Of a stretch of 64,000 bases of DNA, positions 29,703-39,864 are shown piece after piece (position 1 is the stretch's first letter; the number at the start of each line of letters is the position of its first letter). Origin of the DNA: an uncultured Gammaproteobacteria bacterium (GTDB lineage: Bacteria > Patescibacteriota > Microgenomatia > UBA8517); contig CAZAXL010000004.1 in NCBI GenBank assembly GCA_964489145.1, forward strand, positions 8,176 through 72,175, read 5' to 3'. The notes under the pieces are model-generated. The model made no database searches. It was not told the origin of the DNA and was given only the letters and a program-made list of their open reading frames with translations. Position numbers and translations under genes: made by a program.

Positions 29703-30595
29703 GGCTTGGCTGTTGCCGATGGTGAACTCGCAGGACTCGCCATCTGTGTGGCTTCTACAAATTTAAAAGTGGAGACCATTTGATCAAATGTGGTCTTATA
29801 CTTCTGTAGATTTTCTTCAGTGAGGACACTAAGGCTTAATCGATATACAATACCTTCTTTTATCCAAACCGCTTCATATGTATAGGCTGGCGCTCCTGCA
29901 AAGTTTGGCGGAATCCCTTGGTAATAGGTGGCGCCCATTACATCACCAGACTTGATATTCGTAAGTTTTGTAACAGCAGACTGGGTAATAGATTCGTTGA
30001 CCTTCAGATTTATTATTTTGTTGTAGAAGTCGGTCATGACAGCACCTGGGTTAGAAAACGACATATTTAACCATATTCCGTCTAGTCCCAATTCAAGCGG
30101 CGCACCCACATTAATTTTATTTGACCAAAATTGTGCATCCTGTTGTGGGTTACTTTGATAGACAAACACTTCAGATGGGTATTTAAATAAGATGCCAGCT
30201 TGAGTATTTGTATATGTCTTCCAATTTACAGTTGGATCAGGAGTTGGTGAAGCAGTAACTATCGCAATGGGTGTTGGGGTTGGTGTCGTACCGGAACCAC
30301 TAAAATATTTTAACCACAACAAATAACCGCCGGCAGCAAGAACCGCAATTAACATTAATATTATTGCAACAATCAGAATTGGAGAGCTTTTCTTTGCAGG
30401 TTCTGGAGAGTTTGGCATGGTTGGTGTTTGTGGTGCGACAGGAGTGCTGGGAACATCTGAGTTGTCTTGTATCTGAACAGGAGGAACAAAAGTCTCCTTG
30501 GGAGTTATAGGTTCAGTCACCAAACTTTGGGGTATTTGTTCCGATGGCTGGGGTGGATTATTTTCCCCTTGTGGTATCGAAGTATTTGGGTCCAT
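29699..30595 (-). CDS. Pro/Thr-rich membrane-anchored extracytoplasmic protein, hypothetical
   Basis: Pro-rich N-terminus, single TM (ILIVAIILMLIAVLAAGGYLLWL), TPTPTP linker, globular C-domain. Confidence 0.35.
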   Translation of the reverse strand: MDPNTSIPQGENNPPQPSEQIPQSLVTEPITPKETFVPPVQIQDNSDVPSTPVAPQTPTMPNSPEPAKKSSPILIVAIILMLIAVLAAGGYLLWLKYFSGSGTTPTPTPIAIVTASPTPDPTVNWKTYTNTQAGILFKYPSEVFVYQSNPQQDAQFWSNKINVGAPLELGLDGIWLNMSFSNPGAVMTDFYNKIINLKVNESITQSAVTKLTNIKSGDVMGATYYQGIPPNFAGAPAYTYEAVWIKEGIVYRLSLSVLTEENLQKYKTTFDQMVSTFKFVEATQMASPASSPSATAKP

Positions 30596-30610
30596 AATTT
30601 AGAGTAACAC

Positions 30611-30877
30611 ATGAATAAGGTTAAGGTCAATAAAAACACCACGTACCTAATTCTTATTGTTAGCGCTTTTATATTGCTACTTCTTAGCATGGTCAACATT
30701 AAAACAATTTCTACAAACAAAGAAGTTCTTGGCATCAAAACTCAAACCGAATCCGATGAAAAATTTTGGGATGATTTTTTAATAAATAATCCAAACTATA
30801 TTCCCGGTTGGATTGAAATAGGTAAGTTTGAAAAAGCCGCTTCCATTAATCCAAACTTTGAAGGTTTAAACAGATAA
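30611..30877 (+). CDS. Small membrane-anchored hypothetical protein
   Basis: 88 aa, one TM. Confidence 0.25.
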   Translation: MNKVKVNKNTTYLILIVSAFILLLLSMVNIKTISTNKEVLGIKTQTESDEKFWDDFLINNPNYIPGWIEIGKFEKAASINPNFEGLNR

Positions 30878-30879
30878 AT

Positions 30880-31563
30880 TTATTCTTTAGGAGCTTCTGT
30901 TGGGTTTTCTCCACCCTCGACCGGCTGTGCTTCGCCCGTTCCTTCGGCTGCACCCTCAGCAGGAGCTTCCCCTTCGGCCGGAGCCGGAGCTTCTACCACT
31001 TCTTCTTTTTGAGGAGGTTCAACCTTGGCAACAATTTCTTCAGCATCAGTTTTAACCTCCACCTTAGATTTGTCGTATTTTAGATCCTTAACCATTATTG
31101 CCTGATCTACTTCAGAAAGAACACTGATATCCACCGTAAATTTCTCAGGTAAGTCTGCGGGCAGTGCTTCGACTTTAATTTCATTGAGATGCTGAACCAC
31201 AGTACCGATCGACTGTTTTTCTGCGGGAGATTCACCGGTCAGTTCGACGGGAATATCTGCTTCTACTTTTTCCTTAAGATCAACCTGCAAAAAATCTACG
31301 TGAACAGGCTCATCTGTGATTGGATGAATTTGAAGATTATGTATAAGAACAGGTCTTTCTTCGCTTCCCAAGGTAAGAGTAAGAAGGCCCGTCTCCCCCG
31401 CCTCTTTGTATATTTTCTCGAAATCTTTTAAATCGACCTGAACGGCCTGTGATTTAACTTTTTTTCCATAAACGTTTCCGGGTATTATTCCTTTTTTACG
31501 AAGATTTTTAACCTTTCTTCCCTCAACCGTTCTTTTATCTGCTTTAAGTATTGTTTTCGGCAT
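30880..31563 (-). CDS. rplY: Ribosomal protein L25 / general stress protein Ctc (long form with acidic C-terminal tail)
   Basis: MPKTILKADKRTVEGRKVKNLRKKGIIPGNVYGK canonical L25 N-terminus. Confidence 0.85.
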   Translation of the reverse strand: MPKTILKADKRTVEGRKVKNLRKKGIIPGNVYGKKVKSQAVQVDLKDFEKIYKEAGETGLLTLTLGSEERPVLIHNLQIHPITDEPVHVDFLQVDLKEKVEADIPVELTGESPAEKQSIGTVVQHLNEIKVEALPADLPEKFTVDISVLSEVDQAIMVKDLKYDKSKVEVKTDAEEIVAKVEPPQKEEVVEAPAPAEGEAPAEGAAEGTGEAQPVEGGENPTEAPKE

Positions 31564-31565
31564 TT

Positions 31566-34223
31566 TTAAAATAATATTCGCGTAAACAAATCGCGAACCA
31601 ATGTTGCATTATAGCAGTATTCATACCCACCCTGCAACGGCGCGTTACGGGGAGTCTTTGAGCACTGGGAAGCAAAGACCGGGTTCGATCCCAAAACCTT
31701 GACGGGGGTAGTTACTTTTATGCTAACCGGAAAGCCATCTATCCCGGCTTGTTTCCTGAAGTAAAAACCATACTGGTTCAAAACACTGTCTGTTTTGTTG
31801 GTCCAAGAAAATATCAACTTTTTACTCTCTCCTCCTAATACTTCAGTTATTATGCCAATTTCTTTACGGCCCTTTGAATCAGTAATCTCGGGTGTCAGTA
31901 CCTGATAGTTTTGGCCGAATGTGCTGGTCACGTTTATGTTGGTGGAATTTTCAGGAACCAAAAGCCTGACATAAGATTTGTATCTTCCCGAAGCACCAAG
32001 GTCCGTATTTGCAGAGTTTTGTAAAGTTAATGTCAGGGTTTTGTTGATTTCTCCTCCTTTGATATTTATGTCAACTTCAGCACTTCTCTTAACAAAATAG
32101 TTTGATTTATTAACACCAACGTTTGCCTCGACAATGCCAGCCAGATCGGAAAAACAATCCCCATCACAACTCGGGATAAACACCGCCCCATCCCAATTAA
32201 GCGCACTTATTGATTTTTGAACATCTGTGGCATGTAAAAATAACTGCACGTGTCTTTGGTCTAAACTTTCATAAATTAACTTTAGAACGGATATTTTCTG
32301 TGATGATGATAAATTTCCGATTTCATCAAGTATGGTTCTTGAAAGGGCTGTCAAAAAACTGGCTTTTTTGTGAGTACCGGGGAAGAAATTATCCTGAACT
32401 TCTGATTGGACTTTTTCATACAAGTTGTCTGATGTTATATCCATATTATAATCGGATAAAAATATTGAACCGCTTACTTCCAGAAAATCTTTAATCGGAT
32501 ACAGGTCGATAGAGACAACCCCGTCCACCCGTTTATCCATTTCTTTATCCAAAAACCACTCGGCTCGCTTCGCGGACGTTGGAAAATCCGGATCCCAGTT
32601 TGAATCTCTAAGCCACCAATTTGCCTCACCCAAATATTGTTTAATTGGTGCCGGCGGCTCAACGTGGCCATTAAGTTGTCCGTCAGCCGAATAAACATCA
32701 CTAATTGCAAAGTCTGAAAGTCTGCCGTTGTCAAAAGTCAAAAGTCCGTAAGAACCTATGAAGCCTCCTGTAGGACGAAGCTCCATATTATTTTCAAAAA
32801 GGACCAAGTATGTTTTACTTTTTTCGCTGCCTAAAATATCCGGCAGTTTCTCTACAATAATCGTCATTTGGGAAACCAGATTTTTATAAGTTTCAAAATC
32901 TATTTTGGACAAAACCATTTTTGCAACAATCGACCCCTCCCCTTTGCCTGTTATTGTTTTTTCTTCAAGGGTTAAAATACTGGTATAAATTTGGCCAAGT
33001 TCCCCATCTGAATCGCTAAGAACACCGGCCACTGAATATGGTGAATTTCCAAGCATACTGCTAAAAAGCGTTTTCCCTTTCTTAATAAGAGGTATTGCGT
33101 TTATTGCCACATCGGAAGTGTTTTTAAATACATATGATGTATATTCGGTTTCTTTGTAAATTTGCCCTATAAGGGGTATGTATTTTAAGACTTTGCTTTC
33201 ATACAGTCCCACATTAGAAACAATTTTGTTTGAATAAAACAGATTTAGAGCAATATCATCACGTCCAGCCCTAAACTCGCGGTATGCAAAGTAGGTTAAC
33301 ACTCCACTAACAATTAGGTTTAATATCGGCAGCAAAAAGACAATTAAAAATGGTAATAAAATTATTTTCATTCTTTTTCCGGAAGGTTTTCCAATAATTT
33401 GTTTGTTGGTTTTTTTTAATGGTGAATTTTTCTGTCTTACATATTTTAAGGGTCTGGAACTAATCCATCTATACGTTTCTGTCAGTGAGTAATTAACATC
33501 TCTATTCATCCTGGATATCTCTATGTTCCTTGGTAATTTATCGGTTGGGGCATTAGGAAGAGAGATGTATTTTACGTCTCCCACCAATTTAGTATTAATT
33601 TGCCAAAATACATTAGAGGAGATTTCTGTCCCCAACAGTAGAATTTCTTTGCCGTAGGGACCAAAAGCAAAAAGCCACTTAACAATCTGTTTTGCCGCAT
33701 CACTGGCAAAGACCGGATAAAAAAGCTCCCCCACTGGCATTGAAACAGACCTTTCTCCTATTATGTCGTTTAGATAACGGGGTAATTTAAGATTACTTGC
33801 CAGGTCAATTCTAGGACCTAAAAGATCACCCACATAAATTATCCCTGCGTTGTCCGGGATTTGTAACCCTTCGACACCTAACACTCCATATATTTCTTTG
33901 GGTAGAATTACAAACGTCTTAGTGTTTTTAAAATTTACAGTCTTCAAAAACTTTTTTATATCATCCTCTGCTGTTGCCTTGTTTAAAAAACCTGAACAAA
34001 AAAATGTATAACCGTAGACCACATTTTTTTGAAAGGTGTCGTATGCGCCAATACTAAACTTATTTCTTACGACAATGTGAGACGTCTTCTCTGCCCAACC
34101 TTTTACATCGGAGGTCACCACATTTACAAAACAATTGTTTGCCAGAAGATTTTCTAATATATATATCGACAGGAAGTTTGGCTCTGAGTAAAGGAGAACT
34201 AACGATTTGCCATCAGGGTTCAT
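31566..34223 (-). CDS. Large hypothetical protein with central TM segment (885 aa)
   Basis: No recognisable catalytic motif; single TM around residue 290; C-terminal extracytoplasmic region ~590 aa. Confidence 0.3.
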   Translation of the reverse strand: MNPDGKSLVLLYSEPNFLSIYILENLLANNCFVNVVTSDVKGWAEKTSHIVVRNKFSIGAYDTFQKNVVYGYTFFCSGFLNKATAEDDIKKFLKTVNFKNTKTFVILPKEIYGVLGVEGLQIPDNAGIIYVGDLLGPRIDLASNLKLPRYLNDIIGERSVSMPVGELFYPVFASDAAKQIVKWLFAFGPYGKEILLLGTEISSNVFWQINTKLVGDVKYISLPNAPTDKLPRNIEISRMNRDVNYSLTETYRWISSRPLKYVRQKNSPLKKTNKQIIGKPSGKRMKIILLPFLIVFLLPILNLIVSGVLTYFAYREFRAGRDDIALNLFYSNKIVSNVGLYESKVLKYIPLIGQIYKETEYTSYVFKNTSDVAINAIPLIKKGKTLFSSMLGNSPYSVAGVLSDSDGELGQIYTSILTLEEKTITGKGEGSIVAKMVLSKIDFETYKNLVSQMTIIVEKLPDILGSEKSKTYLVLFENNMELRPTGGFIGSYGLLTFDNGRLSDFAISDVYSADGQLNGHVEPPAPIKQYLGEANWWLRDSNWDPDFPTSAKRAEWFLDKEMDKRVDGVVSIDLYPIKDFLEVSGSIFLSDYNMDITSDNLYEKVQSEVQDNFFPGTHKKASFLTALSRTILDEIGNLSSSQKISVLKLIYESLDQRHVQLFLHATDVQKSISALNWDGAVFIPSCDGDCFSDLAGIVEANVGVNKSNYFVKRSAEVDINIKGGEINKTLTLTLQNSANTDLGASGRYKSYVRLLVPENSTNINVTSTFGQNYQVLTPEITDSKGRKEIGIITEVLGGESKKLIFSWTNKTDSVLNQYGFYFRKQAGIDGFPVSIKVTTPVKVLGSNPVFASQCSKTPRNAPLQGGYEYCYNATLVRDLFTRILF

Positions 34224-34362
34224 GTTAATTAATATTTTACCGCAACTCCTTATTTTTTATTTAGTTAAAATGCTGCAGGAAAATTAGTTTTCAAGTTGGT
34301 AAAAATTATTAAAACTTGAGTCTCACTCGGAACGTGAAATTTTCACAGAAAATATCCCGAAA

Positions 34363-34785
34363 TTAAAAATGTTTGTCTAGTTCCTCATTTACCAAGAAGT
34401 CTGCGACTTTATTTTGCTCGCGGGGTATGTGTTTAAAAAATATTTTTTTATCTAATTCTCTAAATATTTTTCTAACCGACAAATTCAAAATCTGCAACTC
34501 CGGCTTTTTAATTTTATAAACGCCGTTCAGCTGTTTAACAACCAGTTCGGAATCCAGAAAAAAAATGACATCATTTTCTTTTAATGTGTGTTTACTCTTC
34601 AACAACCAGTCAAGAGCAAGAAGAACCCCTTCATATTCTGCAACATTATTTGTGTTGGTATTTAAAAATTTTGATTGTTTCTCTAAAACTTTACCTTTCA
34701 ACTCTGCAACGAAAGCACATGCCGCGAGTCCAGGATTTCCTCTTGATCCCCCATCTGTATGAATGGTTATTGCATCATTTTGCAT
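34363..34785 (-). CDS. rnhA: Ribonuclease HI
   Basis: ITIHTDGGSRGNPGLAACAFV (DEDD catalytic Asp in TDG), EYEGVLLAL, 140 aa. Confidence 0.8.
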   Translation of the reverse strand: MQNDAITIHTDGGSRGNPGLAACAFVAELKGKVLEKQSKFLNTNTNNVAEYEGVLLALDWLLKSKHTLKENDVIFFLDSELVVKQLNGVYKIKKPELQILNLSVRKIFRELDKKIFFKHIPREQNKVADFLVNEELDKHF

Positions 34786-34820
34786 GCAATAAGTTTACCA
34801 CGAGACTTTCGTTTCGTTGA

Positions 34821-34975
34821 GTGGCAAGCTCTGCTTACCACGAAGCTGTGTTTTAGCCGAGTGGCAAGCTCTGCTTACTTTGAGTTTACGATAAGCAAGC
34901 TCTGCTTTCTTTGGATTTACCACAAGCAAGCTCTGCTTACTTTGAGTTTACGATAAGCAAGCTCTGCTTACCACA
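34821..34975. repeat. Intergenic tandem repeat (~31-bp unit x ~5, each with hairpin-capable core AAGCA-AGCTC-TGCTT)
   Basis: gcaagctctgctt recurs at 34824, 34864, 34895, 34926, 34957 (spacing 40,31,31,31). Confidence 0.8.
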
Positions 34976-34978
34976 AAA

Positions 34979-36364
34979 TTATATTTTTTCTCTGGAAGAA
35001 ATTCCCAAGAAAAGAGATAAAAGAAGCATGTTTTGCTGAATAGTAAACCAGTAGTGGTCAAAAAGTCCCGTCGTCAAAACGAAAAATATTATTAAAATCC
35101 CCCAGATGTTTTTCGTTTTAATATTTCTAACGAAATATAGCGAAATAAAATAATAAAGAAGGAGGATGCCGAGAATTCCTATCTCCGTAATAAGAAGTAA
35201 ATAAATATTATGGACAGGCTGCAGTAACCAAACGCCGGAGGAGGTGCCTGCATAAGAAATTTCATTAATAACAAAATTATTTAAACCAACCCCTGTTATC
35301 CAACTTCCGGAGAATATTTTCCCTGCAATATCAGCCAGTTCCAACCTTTCACTAAAGCTTTGCGAAAAGGTAATTCTACTCTCAAGTATTGATCCGGAAA
35401 AAACACTAAAGTAAAAACTTAACAAAAAAAATAAAATTATAAATAAATTAAACCCTTTAACATTAAAGATATGCTTTTTAAAAGCAAAATATGAAGCTCC
35501 CCAACCTAACGGTCGGGGTATCTTCTCCCAGCGCTTCGTCGGGAGCGGAATCCCTCCGAAGCGAACTCCACTTCGCTGCACCCACAGAGGCTTTAAGCCC
35601 GGGGTATTCGCGAAGGGGGATAAAAACAGACAAAAGGAAAGTCCAACAAAAGCAGATAATGAGAATGTTAAAACAAAAGCCGACAGTATTACCAGTAGCC
35701 CAAAAAATCTATAGATATTAATATTTTTCAAATAGTTAAAATATAGAAAAATTAGTGATGCTCCCAAAAATCCAGCAAACGAGTTTGGGTGAGAAAATGT
35801 CGAATAAATCCGAAGACGGTTATCTCCAAACAAATTAACAAGAGCAATGCCGGGAGTGAAAATTGTAAAAGATCTTTCTCCCAATAGATATAAAATGTTA
35901 CCCAGTGTTCTCCCTCTGAAAAACTGCAACACCCCGATAAACGAAAAAAATATTAACGAATAAAACAATGTCGTAGAAACATTCCTGATGTTAAACCTGT
36001 CTTCTCTGTTTTTGACATAATACCCAAGCGCTATAAACTCAATAATTTTCAGCCATTTAATAAACGACACATAAAAAACAGATGAAAAAAATAAATTAAA
36101 GACAATGAGCCCGGAAAGAGATAGCAGTAAATATTTATATTTTTTGATGTCAGATATGGCTTTTATTCTTTTTCTAATAATCCATGGCACAAAAAGACTA
36201 ATAAATAAAAGGTCCGTTAAATATATTGTTGGTGAAAGATAATCAACACGTATGCCGAATACAAATGCAAAGTTTGGCCAAAAATGAAGAGCTAATTGTG
36301 TCGGAAAAAGAAAAATTAAAAGAAGATTTAAATATTTATCAAGAAGTTTTGATTTAAGAATCAC
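34979..36364 (-). CDS. Polytopic membrane protein, O-antigen ligase/polymerase (Wzy/WaaL)-like
   Basis: >=10 TM helices with one large extracytoplasmic loop; family assignment by topology only. Confidence 0.35.
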   Translation of the reverse strand: MILKSKLLDKYLNLLLIFLFPTQLALHFWPNFAFVFGIRVDYLSPTIYLTDLLFISLFVPWIIRKRIKAISDIKKYKYLLLSLSGLIVFNLFFSSVFYVSFIKWLKIIEFIALGYYVKNREDRFNIRNVSTTLFYSLIFFSFIGVLQFFRGRTLGNILYLLGERSFTIFTPGIALVNLFGDNRLRIYSTFSHPNSFAGFLGASLIFLYFNYLKNINIYRFFGLLVILSAFVLTFSLSAFVGLSFCLFLSPFANTPGLKPLWVQRSGVRFGGIPLPTKRWEKIPRPLGWGASYFAFKKHIFNVKGFNLFIILFFLLSFYFSVFSGSILESRITFSQSFSERLELADIAGKIFSGSWITGVGLNNFVINEISYAGTSSGVWLLQPVHNIYLLLITEIGILGILLLYYFISLYFVRNIKTKNIWGILIIFFVLTTGLFDHYWFTIQQNMLLLSLFLGISSREKI

Positions 36365-36822
36365 TTTTTAGGACTGATAATTAAGAATCTATCTTCTCCT
36401 TCGCCCTCAGAAATAGTCTCCACATCTTTATTGTCAGCAAGAACCATGTGGACGATTCTTCTTTGCCAGGCTTTCAAATTGTAAAGGTTTTGAGCGGTTC
36501 CTGTCTCAATTGCTCTTTGTGCGGTTGTAGTAGCCAAATCTTTAAGATACTCTTCCTCTTTTTGTCTATAATCCCCCACGTTGACAACAATTTTTGACCA
36601 CTCCCCTGTCTTTTGTTTAAAAAGAACCGACAAAATATTTTGAATACTTAAAAGTGTTTCCCCCCTTTTGCCAATCAGAAGGCCTGTGGCATCTCCTGCA
36701 TCAATTTCCACAGTAAAAACTTCATCACTCTCGTTGAAGCTAACCGAGGACTTAACATCGGTTGCCATTAAAGAAAAAAGTTCATTCACAAGTTCTTTTA
36801 ATATTTCGGTTTTCTCTTTCAT
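36361..36822 (-). CDS. jag: Jag/KhpB RNA-binding protein (KH + R3H domains)
   Basis: KH block LLIGKRGETLLSIQNI; C-terminal R3H-like QRRIVHMVLADNKDVETISEGEGEDRFLIISP; conserved position after yidC. Confidence 0.7.
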   Translation of the reverse strand: MKEKTEILKELVNELFSLMATDVKSSVSFNESDEVFTVEIDAGDATGLLIGKRGETLLSIQNILSVLFKQKTGEWSKIVVNVGDYRQKEEEYLKDLATTTAQRAIETGTAQNLYNLKAWQRRIVHMVLADNKDVETISEGEGEDRFLIISPKK

Positions 36823-37643
36823 TGTTTCTTTATGAGTCTAGATTTTACCAGATTTATTGCGGGCGTCAAACTTCCCCAACCGGACATTGAAACCTGTTGC
36901 CAAACATTAACCAGCGAATAAACCAACCAATAAAGCGCCAGTCCGGATGGAAGACTTAATCCAAAAATTAAAGTCATTAAAGGCATCATGTAAGTCATGG
37001 ACTTTTGCATGGCAACCTGAGTATCATCAAGTGTGCCTTTGGATTTTTTGGCAATTTTTTGCTCTTGTGTTATGTATGGACTTGTTATTTTCACGGACAA
37101 AAACTGCGCAATAGTTGCGAGAATTAAGAATAATCCCGGTATGCCAAACGGTATACCCTGGATGTGAAAAGCGTCCGGTTTGCTTATATCTAAATATAAG
37201 AAGCGCGTATTGAGTGGTTGATCGTCCGAAAACTTGAGAGGGGCGTATAAAAGATTATTAAGTTTTCCTGATGCTATATCTTGACTGGATAAAGCTGCTG
37301 TAAAAACCTGAAAAAGGGCAATTAATACCAAAAACTGTAATATGTAAGGAAGGCATCCCGCCGTGGGGTTGATTTTGTTTTGTTTATAAAGTTCTGCTTG
37401 TGCTTGTGAAATCTTTACCTTGTCGCTTCCGTATTTTTTCCTAAGCTTCGCAAGCTGTGGTTCCATCTCCTTAATTCTTTTCATCGACTCCATGTACGGC
37501 TTTGTAAGAGGTCTCAGGAGAAAAATTAAAAATACGCTAAAAAGAATAATTGCAATTCCAAGATTTTGTCCCAAATACTTATAAAAAAGAATAAGACCGT
37601 TTGTTAATGGCTGAACTAGTATTGTTGTAAAAATATTTCCCAT
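36819..37643 (-). CDS. yidC: Membrane protein insertase YidC (short monoderm type)
   Basis: C-terminal conserved PLMTLIFGLSLPSGLALYWLVYSLVNVWQQ; 5 TM. Confidence 0.85.
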   Translation of the reverse strand: MGNIFTTILVQPLTNGLILFYKYLGQNLGIAIILFSVFLIFLLRPLTKPYMESMKRIKEMEPQLAKLRKKYGSDKVKISQAQAELYKQNKINPTAGCLPYILQFLVLIALFQVFTAALSSQDIASGKLNNLLYAPLKFSDDQPLNTRFLYLDISKPDAFHIQGIPFGIPGLFLILATIAQFLSVKITSPYITQEQKIAKKSKGTLDDTQVAMQKSMTYMMPLMTLIFGLSLPSGLALYWLVYSLVNVWQQVSMSGWGSLTPAINLVKSRLIKKQ

Positions 37644-37650
37644 TTATTGT

Positions 37651-37872
37651 TTATTTTACGGGGTCAAATCCGTAATCTCCCCAAGGATGGCATTTACTAA
37701 GCCTTTTTAAACCCATTTCCAAACCTTTGGGAAAACCAAATTTTTCCAAGGCCTCAATTGTATATTCCGAACAGGTCGGTGTAAAACGACAGGCTTTACC
37801 AAAAACAGTCTCCAGAACCGGAGAGATAAATTTTTTATAAAAGCCTAATACAAAGATCAATATTTTTTTCAT
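37651..37872 (-). CDS. yidD: Membrane protein insertion efficiency factor YidD
   Basis: CRFTPTCSEYTIEALEKFG...KCHPWGDYGFDPV Cys-rich YidD signature. Confidence 0.8.
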   Translation of the reverse strand: MKKILIFVLGFYKKFISPVLETVFGKACRFTPTCSEYTIEALEKFGFPKGLEMGLKRLSKCHPWGDYGFDPVK

Positions 37873-38213
37873 TTCATTAGTCCCGCTTTTCTAAGCGAGA
37901 AACGAACCTCTTTCATTATGTCTGTCGTTGAAACTCTGTAAATACTTGTCTTTGCCAAAAAAACCACATCGTATCCTTGAACAAGGTTGATACTATCGAT
38001 TCGAACAGCCTCGCTCATTGCTCTTTTGAATCTGTTCCTATCAACCGCATCTTTTGCAATTTTTGTAGAGACTATAAATCCAAATTTACTGGGTTCCTTG
38101 TCCCCTCTCTCTACATATGCTATTCCGAAACTGTCTGATTGAAATACTTTTCCTTCAGTTTGAACCCTGGCATAATCCTTTGCACCGGTAAGTTTAAATT
38201 TTTTTGCAAGCAT
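37869..38213 (-). CDS. rnpA: RNase P protein component
   Basis: 114 aa basic protein, FKRAMSEAVR block, conserved position between rpmH and yidD. Confidence 0.7.
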   Translation of the reverse strand: MLAKKFKLTGAKDYARVQTEGKVFQSDSFGIAYVERGDKEPSKFGFIVSTKIAKDAVDRNRFKRAMSEAVRIDSINLVQGYDVVFLAKTSIYRVSTTDIMKEVRFSLRKAGLMK

Positions 38214-38222
38214 AATTGGAGC

Positions 38223-38363
38223 TTAAACAGAAAGATGTTTTCTCCCCTTCAGTCTTCGTCTTTTGATTATATTTCTGCCGGACTTGGTGCTCATTCTGAC
38301 TCTGAAGCCGTGAGCTCTAACTCTCTTAATTTTACTTGGTTGATAGGTTCTCTTAGTTGCCAT
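38223..38363 (-). CDS. rpmH: Ribosomal protein L34 (not in the supplied ORF track; found by manual translation)
   Basis: Minus-strand translation [46 protein letters not shown] (46 aa). Confidence 0.85.
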   Translation of the reverse strand: MATKRTYQPSKIKRVRAHGFRVRMSTKSGRNIIKRRRLKGRKHLSV

Positions 38364-38502
38364 GACGTTTATTATAGTTTAACTATTAAATTTTGGCAAT
38401 TGGGGCTTGACGAATTGTGGATAACTTTGTAAATAGTACTAAGTACTTAGAAATTTCTGCTCCAAAGCCTCTTGATTTTTACAAGGTACAGATTAATCAA
38501 TT
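38364..38502. promoter_or_regulatory. rpmH-dnaA intergenic region with perfect DnaA box TGTGGATAA (38415..38423); dnaA promoter / oriC part
   Basis: ttgtggataac = reverse-orientation TTATCCACA; AT-rich. Confidence 0.55.
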
Positions 38503-39864
38503 ATGAACAATGAACAAGTTTGGAAAGATTCGCTAGAAATTATAAAGGTCACGGTTTCACCCGCAATATTTTCTACCTGGTTCTCACAAACCCATCTTGT
38601 TTCCATAGAAGACTTAAGCGAGAGGACTATTGTTGAAATAGGGTGTCCCACTTCTTTCGCAAAAAATACTATTGAGGCTAGATATTTCGGTTTGGTCCAG
38701 GACTCATTATCAAAAGTGGTGGGAAAGAAGTGTGACTTAACTTTCATGGTTAAATCAAATCCTAAAATAATTAAGGACACACTAGGGGAGTCCTCTCCGC
38801 TCTTTTCGGTTGAAAAAGATGAAAAAAGCTCTCTTGAGGTTTTACAAAGAGCAAGGGTAAGACCGAGTTTCACTTTTGAAAATTTTGCAGTTTCTTCTTC
38901 AAATCAAATGGCTCATGCCGCAGCAGAGGCAGTTTCTAAAAACTTGGGGTCTGCATATAATCCTCTTTTTATCTGGGGTGGGGTAGGAGTCGGAAAGACT
39001 CATCTCATGGTTTCCGTAGGAAATTCTGTTCTAAAAAAAGATCCCGAGAAAAAAGTACTTTTTTGCACCGGAGAGGATTTCACAAATGATATTGTTGAGG
39101 GTATCAGAAACAAGACAACACAGGCTTTTAGAAACAAATACAGGAAGCTTAATCTGCTTCTTATTGATGATATTCAATTTATTGCCGGCAAAGTCACCGT
39201 ACAGGAAGAATTTTTCCATACTTTCAATTCAGTTACTTCCGTCGGAGGACAAATTATATTAACTTCCGATAGACCACCTTCCGAAATTTCCAAACTTGAA
39301 GAAAGGCTCAGAAGCCGATTTGAGGCCGGTCTTATCGTAGACATAGCCCCGCCGGATTTTGAACTAAGGTGCGCAATCACCCAAATTAAAGCAAGAGAAA
39401 AGGGAGTTGATGTCTCTTCTGAACAAGTTCAAATGATTGCAGCAAATACTGAATCCGCCAGAAAAATTGAGGGAATTCTGACAAGAATTTTAACCGAGAT
39501 ACACATAAAGAATGTTGTTGTTACAAACGAGTTAATCGAGTCGATGTTTTCAAAAAGCTTAGAAACTTCAGGGAAAATAACTCGAAGTTCTCCCGATGAA
39601 GTTATTGATGCTGTTTCTAAATACTTCCAGATAGGAAAGAGGCTGCTTTTGGGGGAGAGTAGGGCGCGGCCCATCGCAAGGCCAAGACAAGTTTTAATGT
39701 ATATCTTAAGAACTCATCTAGGAATTCCTCTGGAGGAAATTGGGAGAGTGGTCGGAGGAAGAGACCATACTACAGTAATGCACGCTGTGGAAAAGATAAC
39801 AGGATTGGCCACAATCGATGTGCAAATCCGTGAGGATATTTTGAAGATAAAACAAACCATTTGA
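38503..39864 (+). CDS. dnaA: Chromosomal replication initiator DnaA
   Basis: AAA+ Walker A GGVGVGKTHL, Walker B LLLIDDIQF, C-terminal DNA-binding domain (RPRQVLMYILRTHL...GGRDHTTVMHA). Confidence 0.9.
   Translation: MNNEQVWKDSLEIIKVTVSPAIFSTWFSQTHLVSIEDLSERTIVEIGCPTSFAKNTIEARYFGLVQDSLSKVVGKKCDLTFMVKSNPKIIKDTLGESSPLFSVEKDEKSSLEVLQRARVRPSFTFENFAVSSSNQMAHAAAEAVSKNLGSAYNPLFIWGGVGVGKTHLMVSVGNSVLKKDPEKKVLFCTGEDFTNDIVEGIRNKTTQAFRNKYRKLNLLLIDDIQFIAGKVTVQEEFFHTFNSVTSVGGQIILTSDRPPSEISKLEERLRSRFEAGLIVDIAPPDFELRCAITQIKAREKGVDVSSEQVQMIAANTESARKIEGILTRILTEIHIKNVVVTNELIESMFSKSLETSGKITRSSPDEVIDAVSKYFQIGKRLLLGESRARPIARPRQVLMYILRTHLGIPLEEIGRVVGGRDHTTVMHAVEKITGLATIDVQIREDILKIKQTI

Noticed and set aside
31670-31700. 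tRNA T-loop-like string ccgggttcgatccc
   Set aside because: No complementary T-stem 3' strand or acceptor stem; it lies inside the 885-aa CDS and is a coincidental GTTCGATCC match.
34821-34975. Possible CRISPR array
   Set aside because: Repeats are contiguous or nearly so (31-40 bp period) with no unique spacers of CRISPR size; no cas genes nearby.
35491-35721. 76-aa plus-strand ORF inside the Wzy-like gene
   Set aside because: Probably spurious antisense ORF created by the GC-rich patch; kept only as context for the GC-anomaly finding.
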